From the NCBI GenBank assembly GCA_041641295.1, contig JBEPYO010000001.1, positions 1,241,006 to 1,305,005 of the forward strand: DNA of 64,000 bases. Reading direction: 5' to 3'. Positions 44,504 through 54,301 of this stretch are shown here, in pieces. The translations under genes and the position numbers were made by a program. How positions within the stretch are numbered: the stretch's first letter is position 1; each line of letters starts with the position of its first letter. The notes under the pieces are model-generated. The model ran no database searches and was not told where the DNA came from. It worked only from the letters and a program-made list of their open reading frames with translations. The DNA comes from Nitrososphaerota archaeon (GTDB lineage: Archaea; Thermoproteota; Nitrososphaeria_A; Caldarchaeales; Calditenuaceae).

Positions 44504-44787
44504 CGAGCTGGACATCTGCACGGTATTTGCCCACAGCGCGGACAGCCTGCACCATATCTTGAGATGAACTCCTTCTGAATGTCAATCCCCAAAACATTAC
44601 ATGTGCTGAGCATCCATGCCAAGAGGTCGGCGAACTCTGGCCCAATGTTTTTAGAGTCTTTAATGTAGGCGTCAGCCACCTCTCCAGCCTCCGAGAGCAT
44701 CCAGAGTAGCGTCCTCTCAGCACCCCGCGCAGCGTCGCGCTCGCCGTATATCCTCGCCATCAACCTCTGGCATTCACTAAGCTCCAA
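44500..44787 (-). CDS. MazG-like nucleoside triphosphate pyrophosphohydrolase domain protein with Cys-rich tail
   Basis: LELSECQRLMARIYGERD...LLWMLSEAGEVADAY...EFADLLAWMLSTCNVLGIDIQKEF matches the all-alpha MazG/NTP-PPase pattern. The tail is CPRCGQIPCRC. The start is uncertain: TTG 44787 is chosen because ATG 44961 would overlap the divergent gene by 71 nt. Confidence 0.55.
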   Translation of the reverse strand: MELSECQRLMARIYGERDAARGAERTLLWMLSEAGEVADAYIKDSKNIGPEFADLLAWMLSTCNVLGIDIQKEFISRYGAGCPRCGQIPCRCPAR

Positions 44788-44890
44788 GACCCTCCCTCCA
44801 GCAGTCTCAACAACAGATACAGCATAAAAATCCTTCCATCTGCCGGTGATGATGTAAACCTTTTCAATCCCAGCCGCCCTATAGGTTTGT

Positions 44891-45841
44891 ATGTCGTCTG
44901 GCAAGGTTTTGAGGAGTCTGCTAAGGGGTGATGGCCTAGTCTTCACCGCGGGAGTATACACGCCTGTTCAGGCAAGGCTGGCTGAGCTCGCGGGGCTCAG
45001 CTGCATCTATGTAAGCGGCTACACATGCTCGATAGGATATCTTCTCAAACCGGATATAGGGTTCCTCAACCTCACAGACATGGTGAACTTCGCCGGAATG
45101 ATTACTAGGGCCGTCAGGAAGCCAGTGGTCTCCGATGCTGACGACGCCTATGGAAACGCTGTAACTGCCACAAGGACGGTTGAGGAGTTCGCGAGGATTG
45201 GGGTTGCCGGGATACACGTGGAGGATCAGAGGTTTCCCAAGAGGTGTGGGCACCTAGCCGGCAAACTAGTCCTCCCGTTTGATGAGGCGTTGTTGAAGAT
45301 GAAGTCGATTCTGAGGGCGCGGGACGAGGTCGATAGGGACTTAGTCATAATAGCTAGGACCGATGTCTTGGGGTCTGAGGGTGGGACGGTTGAGGAGGCT
45401 GTCCGGAGGGGAGTTGCGTATGCCGATGCTGGGGCCGACGTGGTCTGGGCAGAGTTCAGATCACCCGACGACGAGGCGGCAAAAATATTTGCGGAGAGGG
45501 TCTTGGCCGAGCATCCGGGCCTCCCACTCCTCTTCAACTACTCCTCATCCTTCAGGTGGTCTAAGAGCAGGCTGAGGTTGCGTTTCAAGGATGTAGCTGA
45601 TATGGGATATAAGCTCCTCTTGGTGAGCATGGGTGGACTACAGGCCGAGCTCGTCTCCGTATGGAGGTATTTGAAGGCGCTGGCTGAGGAGATGGAGCAG
45701 GCCCACTGGCGGCTCGAGTCCGAGCTCGAAGGTACCCCCTTCGAGAATCTCCACGAATTCGCAGGCATCAGCAGATACGCCGAGCTTGAGAGGCTCTTCC
45801 TACCTAGCAGCGAGCTCCGGGAGAGATACGGCACAGGTTAA
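44891..45841 (+). CDS. isocitrate lyase / PEP mutase superfamily enzyme (methylisocitrate lyase / carboxy-PEP mutase-like)
   Basis: 316 aa with YVSGY, SDADDAYGN and HVEDQRFPKRCGHLAGK (K-[KR]-CGH motif). Confidence 0.85.
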   Translation: MSSGKVLRSLLRGDGLVFTAGVYTPVQARLAELAGLSCIYVSGYTCSIGYLLKPDIGFLNLTDMVNFAGMITRAVRKPVVSDADDAYGNAVTATRTVEEFARIGVAGIHVEDQRFPKRCGHLAGKLVLPFDEALLKMKSILRARDEVDRDLVIIARTDVLGSEGGTVEEAVRRGVAYADAGADVVWAEFRSPDDEAAKIFAERVLAEHPGLPLLFNYSSSFRWSKSRLRLRFKDVADMGYKLLLVSMGGLQAELVSVWRYLKALAEEMEQAHWRLESELEGTPFENLHEFAGISRYAELERLFLPSSELRERYGTG

Positions 45842-45878
45842 GAATTATAGACTACTCTACAAGTTTACTGGAGTGGAG

Positions 45879-46298
45879 ATGACGACCTATATCGGCGAGA
45901 TAGTGGTTCGGACGCGGGGCGAAAACGATGTCGTGGACATAACAGAGAAGGTTGAAGGCTACATTGAGAGGTCAGGGGTGAAAAACGGTGTCGCCCACCT
46001 CTACGTAGTCGGCTCCACGGCAGCATTGACGACCATGGAGTATGAGCCGGGGCTGATAGAGGACATAAGGGCGGCGTTGGAGCGTATAGCGCCAAGAAAC
46101 GCCTACTACAAGCACCATGAGAGGTGGGGCGACGATAACGGCCACTCACACATAAGGGCCTCGATAGTAGGCCCCTCCCTCTGCGTCCCCATCAGAAACG
46201 GCTCCCTAACCACGGGGACTTGGCAGCAGCTCGTACTAATCGAGCTCGATACTCGCGCAAGGGAGAGGCGGATACTTGTGACCATCATAGGTGACTAA
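45879..46298 (+). CDS. YjbQ/UPF0047 family protein (secondary thiamine-phosphate synthase-like)
   Basis: ATG 45879 gives 139 aa with DITEKVEGYIERSGVKNGVAHLYVVGSTAALTTMEYEPG, NGHSHIRASIVGPS and GTWQQLVLIELD. Confidence 0.85.
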   Translation: MTTYIGEIVVRTRGENDVVDITEKVEGYIERSGVKNGVAHLYVVGSTAALTTMEYEPGLIEDIRAALERIAPRNAYYKHHERWGDDNGHSHIRASIVGPSLCVPIRNGSLTTGTWQQLVLIELDTRARERRILVTIIGD

Positions 46299-46362
46299 AT
46301 ACTCGAAAAACGGGGGCTCAAAGAAGTTCAGAGAGGCGGTCTGAGAAAAATTACTTGGGCTG

Positions 46363-46788
46363 TTATGGCGGGGTTATCTTGATCGCTTGGACGGGGCATG
46401 CGGATTCGCAGGCCATGCAGAAGATGCAGTCAGACTCTCTAACCGGGTCGGACTTGTCTGTCCTATACTTCTCCCAGAGCTCCTTATCCTTCTCAGGGTC
46501 TATAACCCTGTCCTTCCCAGTGCCTGAGAAGCCCGGGTTCAGGAACCATTCAAACACGTTGACTGGGCAGACATCCATACATGCCCCATCTGCGACACAG
46601 CAATCGAAATCCACCGCCACGGCTGTGCCGTGGATTCCCAGCCTCGTCGGGTATGGCTTACCCTCACCGTCCAGTCGCTCCATCCCCTCAGCCCAAACGG
46701 CGTGGCCGTGGTGTTCACCAGTTTTCGGGAACTTCTTTGAGAAGTCAGGATCTATGGGTGCTGACTTGAAATCAACTTGTCGGACCAT
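46363..46788 (-). CDS. zinc-containing 7Fe (3Fe-4S + 4Fe-4S) ferredoxin, Sulfolobus type
   Basis: 141 aa with an N-terminal extension carrying GEHHGH and GIHGT (Zn His ligands). Cluster I is CVADGACMDVCP (Asp variant), cluster II is CIFCMACESACP, and SDPV supplies the Zn Asp ligand. Confidence 0.85.
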   Translation of the reverse strand: MVRQVDFKSAPIDPDFSKKFPKTGEHHGHAVWAEGMERLDGEGKPYPTRLGIHGTAVAVDFDCCVADGACMDVCPVNVFEWFLNPGFSGTGKDRVIDPEKDKELWEKYRTDKSDPVRESDCIFCMACESACPVQAIKITPP

Positions 46789-46896
46789 CGGTATCGAGTC
46801 TATTTATTCCGCATCTACTATATCTACTTAACCCAGTTATACGGTTTTGACAGTCAAGAGCTTAGTGGAGCCCACAACCAGCTACGCGAATATTCC

Positions 46897-47259
46897 CTAC
46901 TCTATCCGCTCGCCATGATCTGCTGCTAGGATTCTGGTGAAGCATGTCCTAGTGCCTAGATGGCAGGCGGGGCCCTCTGGGATGACACGGTAAATTACCG
47001 CATCGCCGTCGCAGTCCACCCATATCTCGACAACCCGCATATAGTTTCCTGAGGTCTCACCCTTGAGCCAGAGCCTGCCCCTAGACCTGCTGTAGAAGTA
47101 TGCAAGCCCTTCGCGGACTGTCCTCTCAATCGCCTCCCTGTTGGCGTGAGCGAACATCAAGACCTCGCCCGACTCGTGGTCCTGAACTATGACACTTACC
47201 AAGCCCCCAAGCTTTGAGAAGTCAAGGTCTGAGACTGTCACCCTCTCTGGGCCGCTCAT
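46897..47259 (-). CDS. hisI: phosphoribosyl-AMP cyclohydrolase
   Basis: 120 aa with YFYSRSRGRLWLKGETSGN, VDCDGDA and CH..TRTCF. Confidence 0.9.
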   Translation of the reverse strand: MSGPERVTVSDLDFSKLGGLVSVIVQDHESGEVLMFAHANREAIERTVREGLAYFYSRSRGRLWLKGETSGNYMRVVEIWVDCDGDAVIYRVIPEGPACHLGTRTCFTRILAADHGERIE

Positions 47260-48023
47260 AGTCTGACCTCGACGCCGTGTGTCTTTAAATATTCCTTCAC
47301 CTGCCTGATCGAGTACACGCCATAGTGAAATACGGAGGCTGCGAGAACGGCGTCCGCGCCACCAAGTTTGACTGCCTCCAAGAAGTGTTTGAGATCACCC
47401 GCTCCCCCGCTAGCGATGACTGGTATGGAAACGGCATTAGTTATGCGGTGGAGCAGCTCTATGTCATATCCAGTCCTCCTTCCGTCTTGGTCGATAGATG
47501 TGAGCAGTATCTCTCCTGCGCCAAGCTCTTCTCCGCGCACGGCCCACTTCACAGCGTCCAGTCCTGTCGGCTTGGTCGCGCTGTGGCTGTATACTTGGAA
47601 CCACACCTTGCCCGAATCATATTCCCGCTTAGCATCAATGGCTAGTACAGCGCATTGGGCGCCGAATCGCCTCGATATCTCCGTGATGATGCTGGGGTTT
47701 TGGATGGCTGCTGTGTTTACAGCCACCTTGTCTGCACCGTTTGCGAGTATCCTGTAGGCGTCCTCTGCACTTCTAATCCCGCCACCAACGGTGAAAGGTA
47801 TGTTTATCTCCGACGCCACCCTACGCACCACATCGACAAATGTTTCCCTACCCTCAACCGAGGCCGAGATATCCAGCAGAGCCAGCTCATCTGCACCGTC
47901 CTCCACGTACCTAGCAGCTAAGGCCACGGGGTCCCCGGCAGTCTGGAGCTCCCTGAATGATACACCCTTCACAACGACTCCATGATGAACATCAAGACAG
48001 GGTATAACCCTCTTAGCTGGCAC
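47256..48023 (-). CDS. hisF: imidazole glycerol phosphate synthase cyclase subunit
   Basis: 255 aa with KRVIPCLDV, GADELALLDI, TVGGGIR, SIDQDGRRTGYD and ASGGAG. Confidence 0.95.
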   Translation of the reverse strand: MPAKRVIPCLDVHHGVVVKGVSFRELQTAGDPVALAARYVEDGADELALLDISASVEGRETFVDVVRRVASEINIPFTVGGGIRSAEDAYRILANGADKVAVNTAAIQNPSIITEISRRFGAQCAVLAIDAKREYDSGKVWFQVYSHSATKPTGLDAVKWAVRGEELGAGEILLTSIDQDGRRTGYDIELLHRITNAVSIPVIASGGAGDLKHFLEAVKLGGADAVLAASVFHYGVYSIRQVKEYLKTHGVEVRL

Positions 48024-48747
48024 CCGCTACACCTTTAGCAGCCTTGATGTAATCCCTAATCGGTGCCAGCTTCTCATAATAGGCCCTGCCCAGCACTACT
48101 CCCCTATAGCCGATGCTCGACAGTATCTTGACCTCGCGCGGCGTAGTGATTCCACCGCTAGCGTAGATCGACCCCCTCCTCTCGGCTGGAACCTTCTCAA
48201 AAAATCTCAAGTCCGGCCCCTCCAACGTACCATCCCTCTCCACGGACGTCATCAAAATGTATTTCAGTGAGAGGTCGTCGACGAGTCTAAACCCTTCCTC
48301 AACACGCATGAGGCTCGTCATACTCCACCCCTCATAGACTATGCCCTCGCTGTTGAAGTCTAGTGCAGCGACTAACCGCTCCGGACCATAATCCCTCACA
48401 AGCTCCTTAACCAGCTCCCTATTCTTGAACAGGATGGTCCCAACAACGATCCTGTCGACCCCAATCTTAAAGACGGCTTCAACCCGCTCCCGGGTCCGGA
48501 GACCCCCACCAACCTGTACCGCTTTACCCTCTGCGTTCTTCACAATCTCTTTTAAAACTTCCATGTTGTCCCCCCTGTTCAGGGCCGCGTCAATATCAAC
48601 TACGTGGATACCGTCAATATCTGTAGAGGCCAGCTGACTCGCTACATACGCGGGGTTATTGGAGTAGACGAACATGTTTCCTAAATCTCCTTTTATCAGC
48701 CTCACTACGCGGCCCTCAAGGATGTCAATCGAGACCCACAGCTCCAT
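48013..48747 (-). CDS. hisA: ProFAR isomerase HisA
   Basis: The ATG at 48747 gives MELWVSIDILEGRVVRLIKGD..., with VVDIDAA, QVGGGLR and ASGGIT. The longer track ORF would overlap the upstream gene. Confidence 0.9.
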   Translation of the reverse strand: MELWVSIDILEGRVVRLIKGDLGNMFVYSNNPAYVASQLASTDIDGIHVVDIDAALNRGDNMEVLKEIVKNAEGKAVQVGGGLRTRERVEAVFKIGVDRIVVGTILFKNRELVKELVRDYGPERLVAALDFNSEGIVYEGWSMTSLMRVEEGFRLVDDLSLKYILMTSVERDGTLEGPDLRFFEKVPAERRGSIYASGGITTPREVKILSSIGYRGVVLGRAYYEKLAPIRDYIKAAKGVAGAS

Positions 48748-48800
48748 GTATCCACGAATCCATCTAAAAGCCACCATAAATACACAATCCCGGCCAGCCT

Positions 48801-49838
48801 CTACACCCGCATATTTGGCCAACTCTCCATGGGCTCGGTGGATCTCACAATACGGGCCCCCATCTCCGCAAACCTTTTGAAAGCGAGTTCTGCCTCCACC
48901 GAATAGTCCACAACGCCCGGAACCACCACAGGCGAAGTGCAGTCCTCAAGCAAATATATCCTAGGGACTAGCTCAGGTCTTCTCTCCTTCACGACCTCTA
49001 TCAGGTCTGAGACAGTCCAAGCGACACAGTGACTCTTAGCCTCACCCGCAATTATGAGGGCGTCGTAGGATAGGAGCCGGTTTATGAGCTGCTCATCCCT
49101 CTCACCTATAAGCTCCCCGCCCGGCCCACGCTTCACCTCAGGCCCCAGGGCAGAGTAGTGCTCTGTGAGCGGTGAGAAGCCCTTCGTCCTTATAACTGGC
49201 TGGGATGCCCGTGCTATTGCGTGAAAGAACACGGCCTCCTCTACTAGCGGGACGAGAGAGTGTCCTATCCCGCCCAGCATTGCGTGGAATGGCCAGATGG
49301 TTAGCTCGTACTTCCCACTCCTCTCCAGCGTCTCAACATAATGCCTGACGTAGGACTGGAGGTACTCGAGGCTTATCCCAACTGTTCTCGCCGCCTCTGC
49401 AGACACCCTCCACCTCCCCTCTCTAATATCGTCTACTGTTATACGTGTATAGGGGTCGGGATGCCTGCCATTCTCATCCTCGAAGAAGACTGAATGGAAG
49501 ATCTGGTAAGCCTGGTGCGTATCCATCGTGGCCACTATCCCAGTTATCGAGGCCAGATTCCTGTAAATGAAAGACGCCATCCTCTGGCAGTCCTCCACCG
49601 CACCCCTACCGGAGGACCCCGCCACAAAGAGCTCAAACCCAGGCATACAGAAGGTGTTCTGAACATCTATGAGTATCAGGCATGTCCTAAACTCGTCGGC
49701 GGAGGCGGGCTTGATTGAATACTTCTTCCGCCACTCCAAAGCCTCAGCAGCCCTCTGCTGATATGGTACTCGCCAGATCTTGTCTGCTTGGGACGGGTCG
49801 AAGTGTGGGGGGTGTGGGAGCTCTTTAGCCATCAGCAT
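48801..49838 (-). CDS. isochorismatase-family cysteine hydrolase (long form)
   Basis: 345 aa with LILIDVQNTFC (Asp), a ...K... region, and IAGEAKSHCV (catalytic Cys), as in nicotinamidase/isochorismatase-like amidohydrolases. Confidence 0.7.
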   Translation of the reverse strand: MLMAKELPHPPHFDPSQADKIWRVPYQQRAAEALEWRKKYSIKPASADEFRTCLILIDVQNTFCMPGFELFVAGSSGRGAVEDCQRMASFIYRNLASITGIVATMDTHQAYQIFHSVFFEDENGRHPDPYTRITVDDIREGRWRVSAEAARTVGISLEYLQSYVRHYVETLERSGKYELTIWPFHAMLGGIGHSLVPLVEEAVFFHAIARASQPVIRTKGFSPLTEHYSALGPEVKRGPGGELIGERDEQLINRLLSYDALIIAGEAKSHCVAWTVSDLIEVVKERRPELVPRIYLLEDCTSPVVVPGVVDYSVEAELAFKRFAEMGARIVRSTEPMESWPNMRV

Positions 49839-49895
49839 ATAGATAGACTGCCTGTCTCATATTGGCTTTTCGCAGAGGAGTAGGCTTAGATTGGT

Positions 49896-50489
49896 CTAGC
49901 TCTGTGGTGAGGATGGCTGTTCAGGAAGAGTGAAGAAGGCAACTATCTGAACTATAACTGCTACGAACAAAATTACAAATCCTATAAGAACTATCGCCAA
50001 TGCAGCCCCGATAAGGTAGAGAAGACCGGTGGTGGAGAAGAGGCCGGCGCCAAGCTTCTCAGATATAGAACTATAACTCTTCCTAAGGAAGATGCTGGAC
50101 ACAATAGAAAAGACCCAGACGACTACTAGTGCGGCGAAAACTGCGATAAATAATCCCCAAAATAGTTGAAGTGCTTCAGGCTCTGTAAATTCTCGCGACA
50201 GACCGTCGCCGGCGAAGACCCTTGAGAAGATTTGAGCGAAGCTTGCTAGGCCGAGGGAAAAGCCAACAGCCACACCTACAGCGCCTCCCACTATAAATAG
50301 TATGATTGAGATCAGCATGTTGTTGAATATTGATGAGTCGCCCACAGCGTCAGCGATTTTTTTCACAGCTATAGCGACGAGCACTACTCCTACAATGTAG
50401 AGTATGAAGCCCACATTTGGGGCCAGTAATAACAGCATCAGTATCGAGCCGATGCCTCCGAGGTATTTTGCATCCCTGATATTGTCCAT
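49896..50489 (-). CDS. polytopic membrane protein (DUF996-like)
   Basis: 197 aa with about 5 TM helices. The start KYLGGIGSILMLL...VGVVLVAIAVKKIADAVGDSSIFNN recalls archaeal DUF996. It has its own TATA (AATATTAA). Confidence 0.5.
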   Translation of the reverse strand: MDNIRDAKYLGGIGSILMLLLLAPNVGFILYIVGVVLVAIAVKKIADAVGDSSIFNNMLISIILFIVGGAVGVAVGFSLGLASFAQIFSRVFAGDGLSREFTEPEALQLFWGLFIAVFAALVVVWVFSIVSSIFLRKSYSSISEKLGAGLFSTTGLLYLIGAALAIVLIGFVILFVAVIVQIVAFFTLPEQPSSPQS

Positions 50490-50536
50490 GCCTATCCCGT
50501 GGGTTTTTACGGGTTAATATTCCTTGCGATGCAGCG

Positions 50537-51583
50537 TCAATATCTGACCCTGGGATCAAGTATGAGGTAGAGGGACTCGAGAAGGAGTCTTGCTGCGACG
50601 TAGATTAGGCCGTACATGTAGGTTAGGGCTATTATTATCGCCTCATCTCCCCTCACGACTGCGTCGTAGTAGAGCCTTCCCATTCCAGGCCAGTTGAATA
50701 TTGTCTCGGTGAGTATCGCGCCTCCGAGGGAGCCTGCGAGGCTGAAGACTACTATAGTTATGATTGGCGGTGCGGCGGGTCTCATGATGTATCTCCGTAT
50801 GACGACGCCCTCGGGCAGTCCTCTAGCCTTTGCGGCCGTAACAAAATCCTCCTGCGCAACATTCAAGACAACGGTCCTTGCAGCATAGATTGATGGTCCA
50901 ATGCTCACTGCCACCAGCGTTGTGAGTGGTAGTATTGAGTGCCACAGGATATCGAGCGCTATGAGGTGTGGCTCGGTGGGTGGCGGTGAGCTCATAATAC
51001 CGCCGGGTGGTAGCAGCCTCACATAGTATACGAAGACGAGCAACAGTATTATTCCGGTCCACCAGCTGGGGAGGCCGTTCGATATCGCGGCTAAATAGAC
51101 AGCTATCCTATCCATCCTGCTACCTGGGTTTAGGGCGAGTTTGAGGCCGATATAGATTCCGGCGAGCGTTGAAATCATAACGGCTGATGTAACCAGCATC
51201 ACTGTGAATGGAATCCGCTCCATTACTATATCGCTGATTTTTCTGCTCCCGCTGAATCCTTCGATTACCCTTGACTCCCCTAGGTCGAGGAGTATGACAC
51301 GGCGGATTAGGTCGGGAAGCCTGAAGTACCATGGCTTGTCGAGGCCGTAGGATTCTATCAACTCTTGCCTCCGCGCCGCTAGGACGTTCTCAAGCTCTGT
51401 GGGGTCCGTTATGCGCTGTGCCAGCGTCTGCCTCAGGTTTCTCAACTCCTCGTTTATAGTCGCTGTTATGACCCGTTCGGAGAATCCGCTGACTCCCAAT
51501 ATCACTACAAGAATGGCGATTACCACTAAAAGGACGAGGCCAAGTGAGGCTGCCCTCACAACAAGTGGACGTGCTACGCCCAC
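50537..51583 (-). CDS. ABC transporter permease, Dpp/Opp B-type
   Basis: 348 aa with an N-terminal TM, a long loop, and the EAA motif region FVTAAKARGLPEGVVIRRYIMRPA. The GTG start overlaps the SBP stop (TAGTG). Confidence 0.9.
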   Translation of the reverse strand: MGVARPLVVRAASLGLVLLVVIAILVVILGVSGFSERVITATINEELRNLRQTLAQRITDPTELENVLAARRQELIESYGLDKPWYFRLPDLIRRVILLDLGESRVIEGFSGSRKISDIVMERIPFTVMLVTSAVMISTLAGIYIGLKLALNPGSRMDRIAVYLAAISNGLPSWWTGIILLLVFVYYVRLLPPGGIMSSPPPTEPHLIALDILWHSILPLTTLVAVSIGPSIYAARTVVLNVAQEDFVTAAKARGLPEGVVIRRYIMRPAAPPIITIVVFSLAGSLGGAILTETIFNWPGMGRLYYDAVVRGDEAIIIALTYMYGLIYVAARLLLESLYLILDPRVRY

Positions 51584-54159
51584 TACCTCCCCCTACGCCT
51601 CAACAACACAACTGCTATAAACAAAGCAGCAGCCACGGCCACAGCGACGCCGGCATACAGGAGGATTGGCGGCTGCGCCTCGGGTGACACTGTAGCCGTT
51701 GTTATAGTCGGCCGGGTCTGAGTTGTAATTTCCCTCGTAGTCGTGGCCTCGCCCGGTATAACCCGGAGATCGCCCTCAAACTCTAGCACGGTGCCTACCT
51801 CGTCGGGATTATAGGCGACGATTGTGAGTTTGTAGAGACCGGGTCTTAGCTTGGATGAGGTCTCTGCTGGGACTTTGATTTCGTAGGCTCCTCCGCTGGT
51901 GGGTGTGGCGTCGCCGGCGGCGAATATCTCTGCTCGTGAAGCGTCTTGTATGAGGTATCTAACCTTGGTTCCCTGAGGGGCATTGAGTCTAAAGGTAATT
52001 GTTCCGCCTGTCAATGTGTTTATCTCTCCTGAGATGGGTGATGCGAGAGAGAGCTGTGGGGGCTGGGTGAATTCCGACCATCTGCCTGGGCTAAGTGGGT
52101 ATGTTGGGTCTCTGAAGGCTGCCAGCTCAGCCGTCTGGCTAGGGCCGTCAAACCTAGCCAATATGAAGGGCCCCTGCCCAATCACCAAGTGCCTATACTT
52201 TCTGAACCACTCTATAGATGCCCGATACCTGGCCTCAGCCTCGCTCCACTCCACTTGGTAGACGCCGTCAATGCTGAGAACCTTTTCAGGCAAAAACTTG
52301 GAGGATAGAAACTCGCTCAAAACGACTTCGGCCAAGTGTCTCGAGATTCGCTCCTTGACGAGGTTTATCCACCCGAGCTCTGGGTTAAACCGCGCCGCGG
52401 CCGTGTCCGTGTAAGCGGCCTGCCTCTTATCGAAGACTAGGACATCCATGGCTAGGAGGACCTCCCAAGGCATCGAGACAGAGGTTGGGAGGGCGTACTC
52501 TGCGACAATCTCGGGCTCGAAGTGCCAGTAGTCCACGTAGACCTCGAGCTTAGACCCTTCCACTATCCTGAAGCCCTTGAAGGTTTCGAGGTATGGGCGG
52601 GATGTCACGGCTATCGCAGTCTCTATCCTGCTCTTCCGCTCGTTGTAGGCTATGTCGAATGCCTGGTAGATGGGGTATAGTATGTCTGCCCACGTTATAG
52701 GCTGGCCGTGATGCCACTTCGCGCCGATGTATTTCGAGAAGTCGTAGACAACCTTGCTCTTAGCCGAGACTCCTGCACCGACTCTACGCCACCCCCCTGA
52801 CTGAGCATCCCATATGAAGGCGTCTGGGGGAACCTGAACTGTAGGCTGAGGAGAGGAGGCCTCGACTCTGAAGTCAGCTCTGAAGGGTATTGGCCTGCCG
52901 GAGAAGGGGTGGCGGGCAATTGGTGGGTCAACAATGTTGCGGTAAATGTCTACGCTGTAGACGTCGCCGAAGCCGCCGACCGGGTTCCACGCGCTCCTCC
53001 CGCCCGGAGGCTCGACCCAGAGATGACCAACTACTAGGCTCTTATCGGCCCGCTCCTTGTTGACGCTCTCCCTTAGTGTGTAGACTGAGCGTGGGCCTCC
53101 CACTATGTCTAGGATTAATGGGGCGACTGAGGGGCTTGCGGGGAAGACGCTGATGGCTGTCGCAACCCAGACCCTGACCGACTCTTGGACGCAGAGTCGC
53201 GTCATCTTTCTGAAGAGTTCGTCGCGCTCCTCTTTGCTACTGTAGTCGCCCTTGAAGAGCTTCTGACCAAGCTCGTCTAGTGTCGAGTTCTCATACTGCC
53301 AGAACCCAACCTCCCTCCAGCCAGGCATACTGCCGAGCCAGGGTGCGCAGAACTGGTTTATGCTCCCTGCCTCGTACCGGGCTGCTCCACCCCGCCCCCA
53401 GCCCTCAGTGTATATGTGCCAGTCGAAGGCGGCTGGGTCCCTAGAATAAACCCTCTCAACAGCCGGGCCAAACTCGAGCAGTATAGGCTCAACCCTAAAC
53501 CCGAGCCTCTCCAACTCGTTCCGAAGCATCTCGCCTATCTCCCTCCTCTCGTCCTCAGACCTGTAGATCAGCTTCAGGGAGATCTCCCTCCCACCATACC
53601 TCCAGACGCCGTCCACGAGCTCGGCTCCAGCCCTCCTCATCGCCTCGGTTATCAGGGACCGCGCATAGTCCGGGTCATATCGTATCCCAAGCGACTTGAC
53701 ATCCTCGAAGACTGTAACATAGTCTAGGTCGAAGGGGCTTACGAAAGAGTACATGGGCTGGGCTAGACCCTTGAAGATCACCGAGACAACCTCATCCCTG
53801 TTTACGAGATACTGCATTGCCTGTCGGACCTCTCTGATGGAGAAGGGGTTGAGCTGGCCGCTGGGTGCTGGGGCAGGGTTGAGGAGAATAGAGTACATTG
53901 TTGCGGGTGCTTCGATGAGCTTGATTGAGGGATCGTCCCTTAGGCGGCGCGCGAACTCTGTCTTAAGGTTGAAGAGGAATATGTCTATTCTACCCGCCTT
54001 TATCTCCCGGTCGGCTATGTCCTGTGAGCCCAGACCACGAAATATTATCTTCTCGGCTGCGGGTCCACGCAGCTCGGACTGGCCATAAGAGACTTCCAGT
54101 AAGGACAGCTGGGAGACTGTCAGCAGTATCGCAAAGGCCAATGCTGCAAGGCTCCGCAT
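51583..54159 (-). CDS. family-5 (peptide/oligosaccharide) ABC substrate-binding protein, C-terminally membrane-anchored
   Basis: Starting at ATG 54159 gives MRSLAALAFAILL signal. An SBP_bac_5-like core is followed by Ig-like extra domains, a Thr-rich linker (TTTREITTQTRPTITTATV) and a C-terminal TM plus RRRGR. About 858 aa. Confidence 0.8.
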   Translation of the reverse strand: MRSLAALAFAILLTVSQLSLLEVSYGQSELRGPAAEKIIFRGLGSQDIADREIKAGRIDIFLFNLKTEFARRLRDDPSIKLIEAPATMYSILLNPAPAPSGQLNPFSIREVRQAMQYLVNRDEVVSVIFKGLAQPMYSFVSPFDLDYVTVFEDVKSLGIRYDPDYARSLITEAMRRAGAELVDGVWRYGGREISLKLIYRSEDERREIGEMLRNELERLGFRVEPILLEFGPAVERVYSRDPAAFDWHIYTEGWGRGGAARYEAGSINQFCAPWLGSMPGWREVGFWQYENSTLDELGQKLFKGDYSSKEERDELFRKMTRLCVQESVRVWVATAISVFPASPSVAPLILDIVGGPRSVYTLRESVNKERADKSLVVGHLWVEPPGGRSAWNPVGGFGDVYSVDIYRNIVDPPIARHPFSGRPIPFRADFRVEASSPQPTVQVPPDAFIWDAQSGGWRRVGAGVSAKSKVVYDFSKYIGAKWHHGQPITWADILYPIYQAFDIAYNERKSRIETAIAVTSRPYLETFKGFRIVEGSKLEVYVDYWHFEPEIVAEYALPTSVSMPWEVLLAMDVLVFDKRQAAYTDTAAARFNPELGWINLVKERISRHLAEVVLSEFLSSKFLPEKVLSIDGVYQVEWSEAEARYRASIEWFRKYRHLVIGQGPFILARFDGPSQTAELAAFRDPTYPLSPGRWSEFTQPPQLSLASPISGEINTLTGGTITFRLNAPQGTKVRYLIQDASRAEIFAAGDATPTSGGAYEIKVPAETSSKLRPGLYKLTIVAYNPDEVGTVLEFEGDLRVIPGEATTTREITTQTRPTITTATVSPEAQPPILLYAGVAVAVAAALFIAVVLLRRRGR

Positions 54160-54301
54160 ATTAGGTCTGATGAGATGAGAAGTAGGCGAATAGATAAGCT
54201 TTGAGCACATACCACTAGAAAAGGCCGAGTAGCCTCTCTCACCGTATAGTATTACGGCGACTAGGTCATCGCGGCTGTAATGGTCTCGTTTTCAGTTCTT
54301 C

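Noticed and set aside
44788-44961. N-terminal extension of the MazG-like ORF
   Set aside because: It overlaps the divergent ICL/PEP-mutase-family gene start by 71 nt and lies outside the MazG helical core. It is not excluded, merely less parsimonious.
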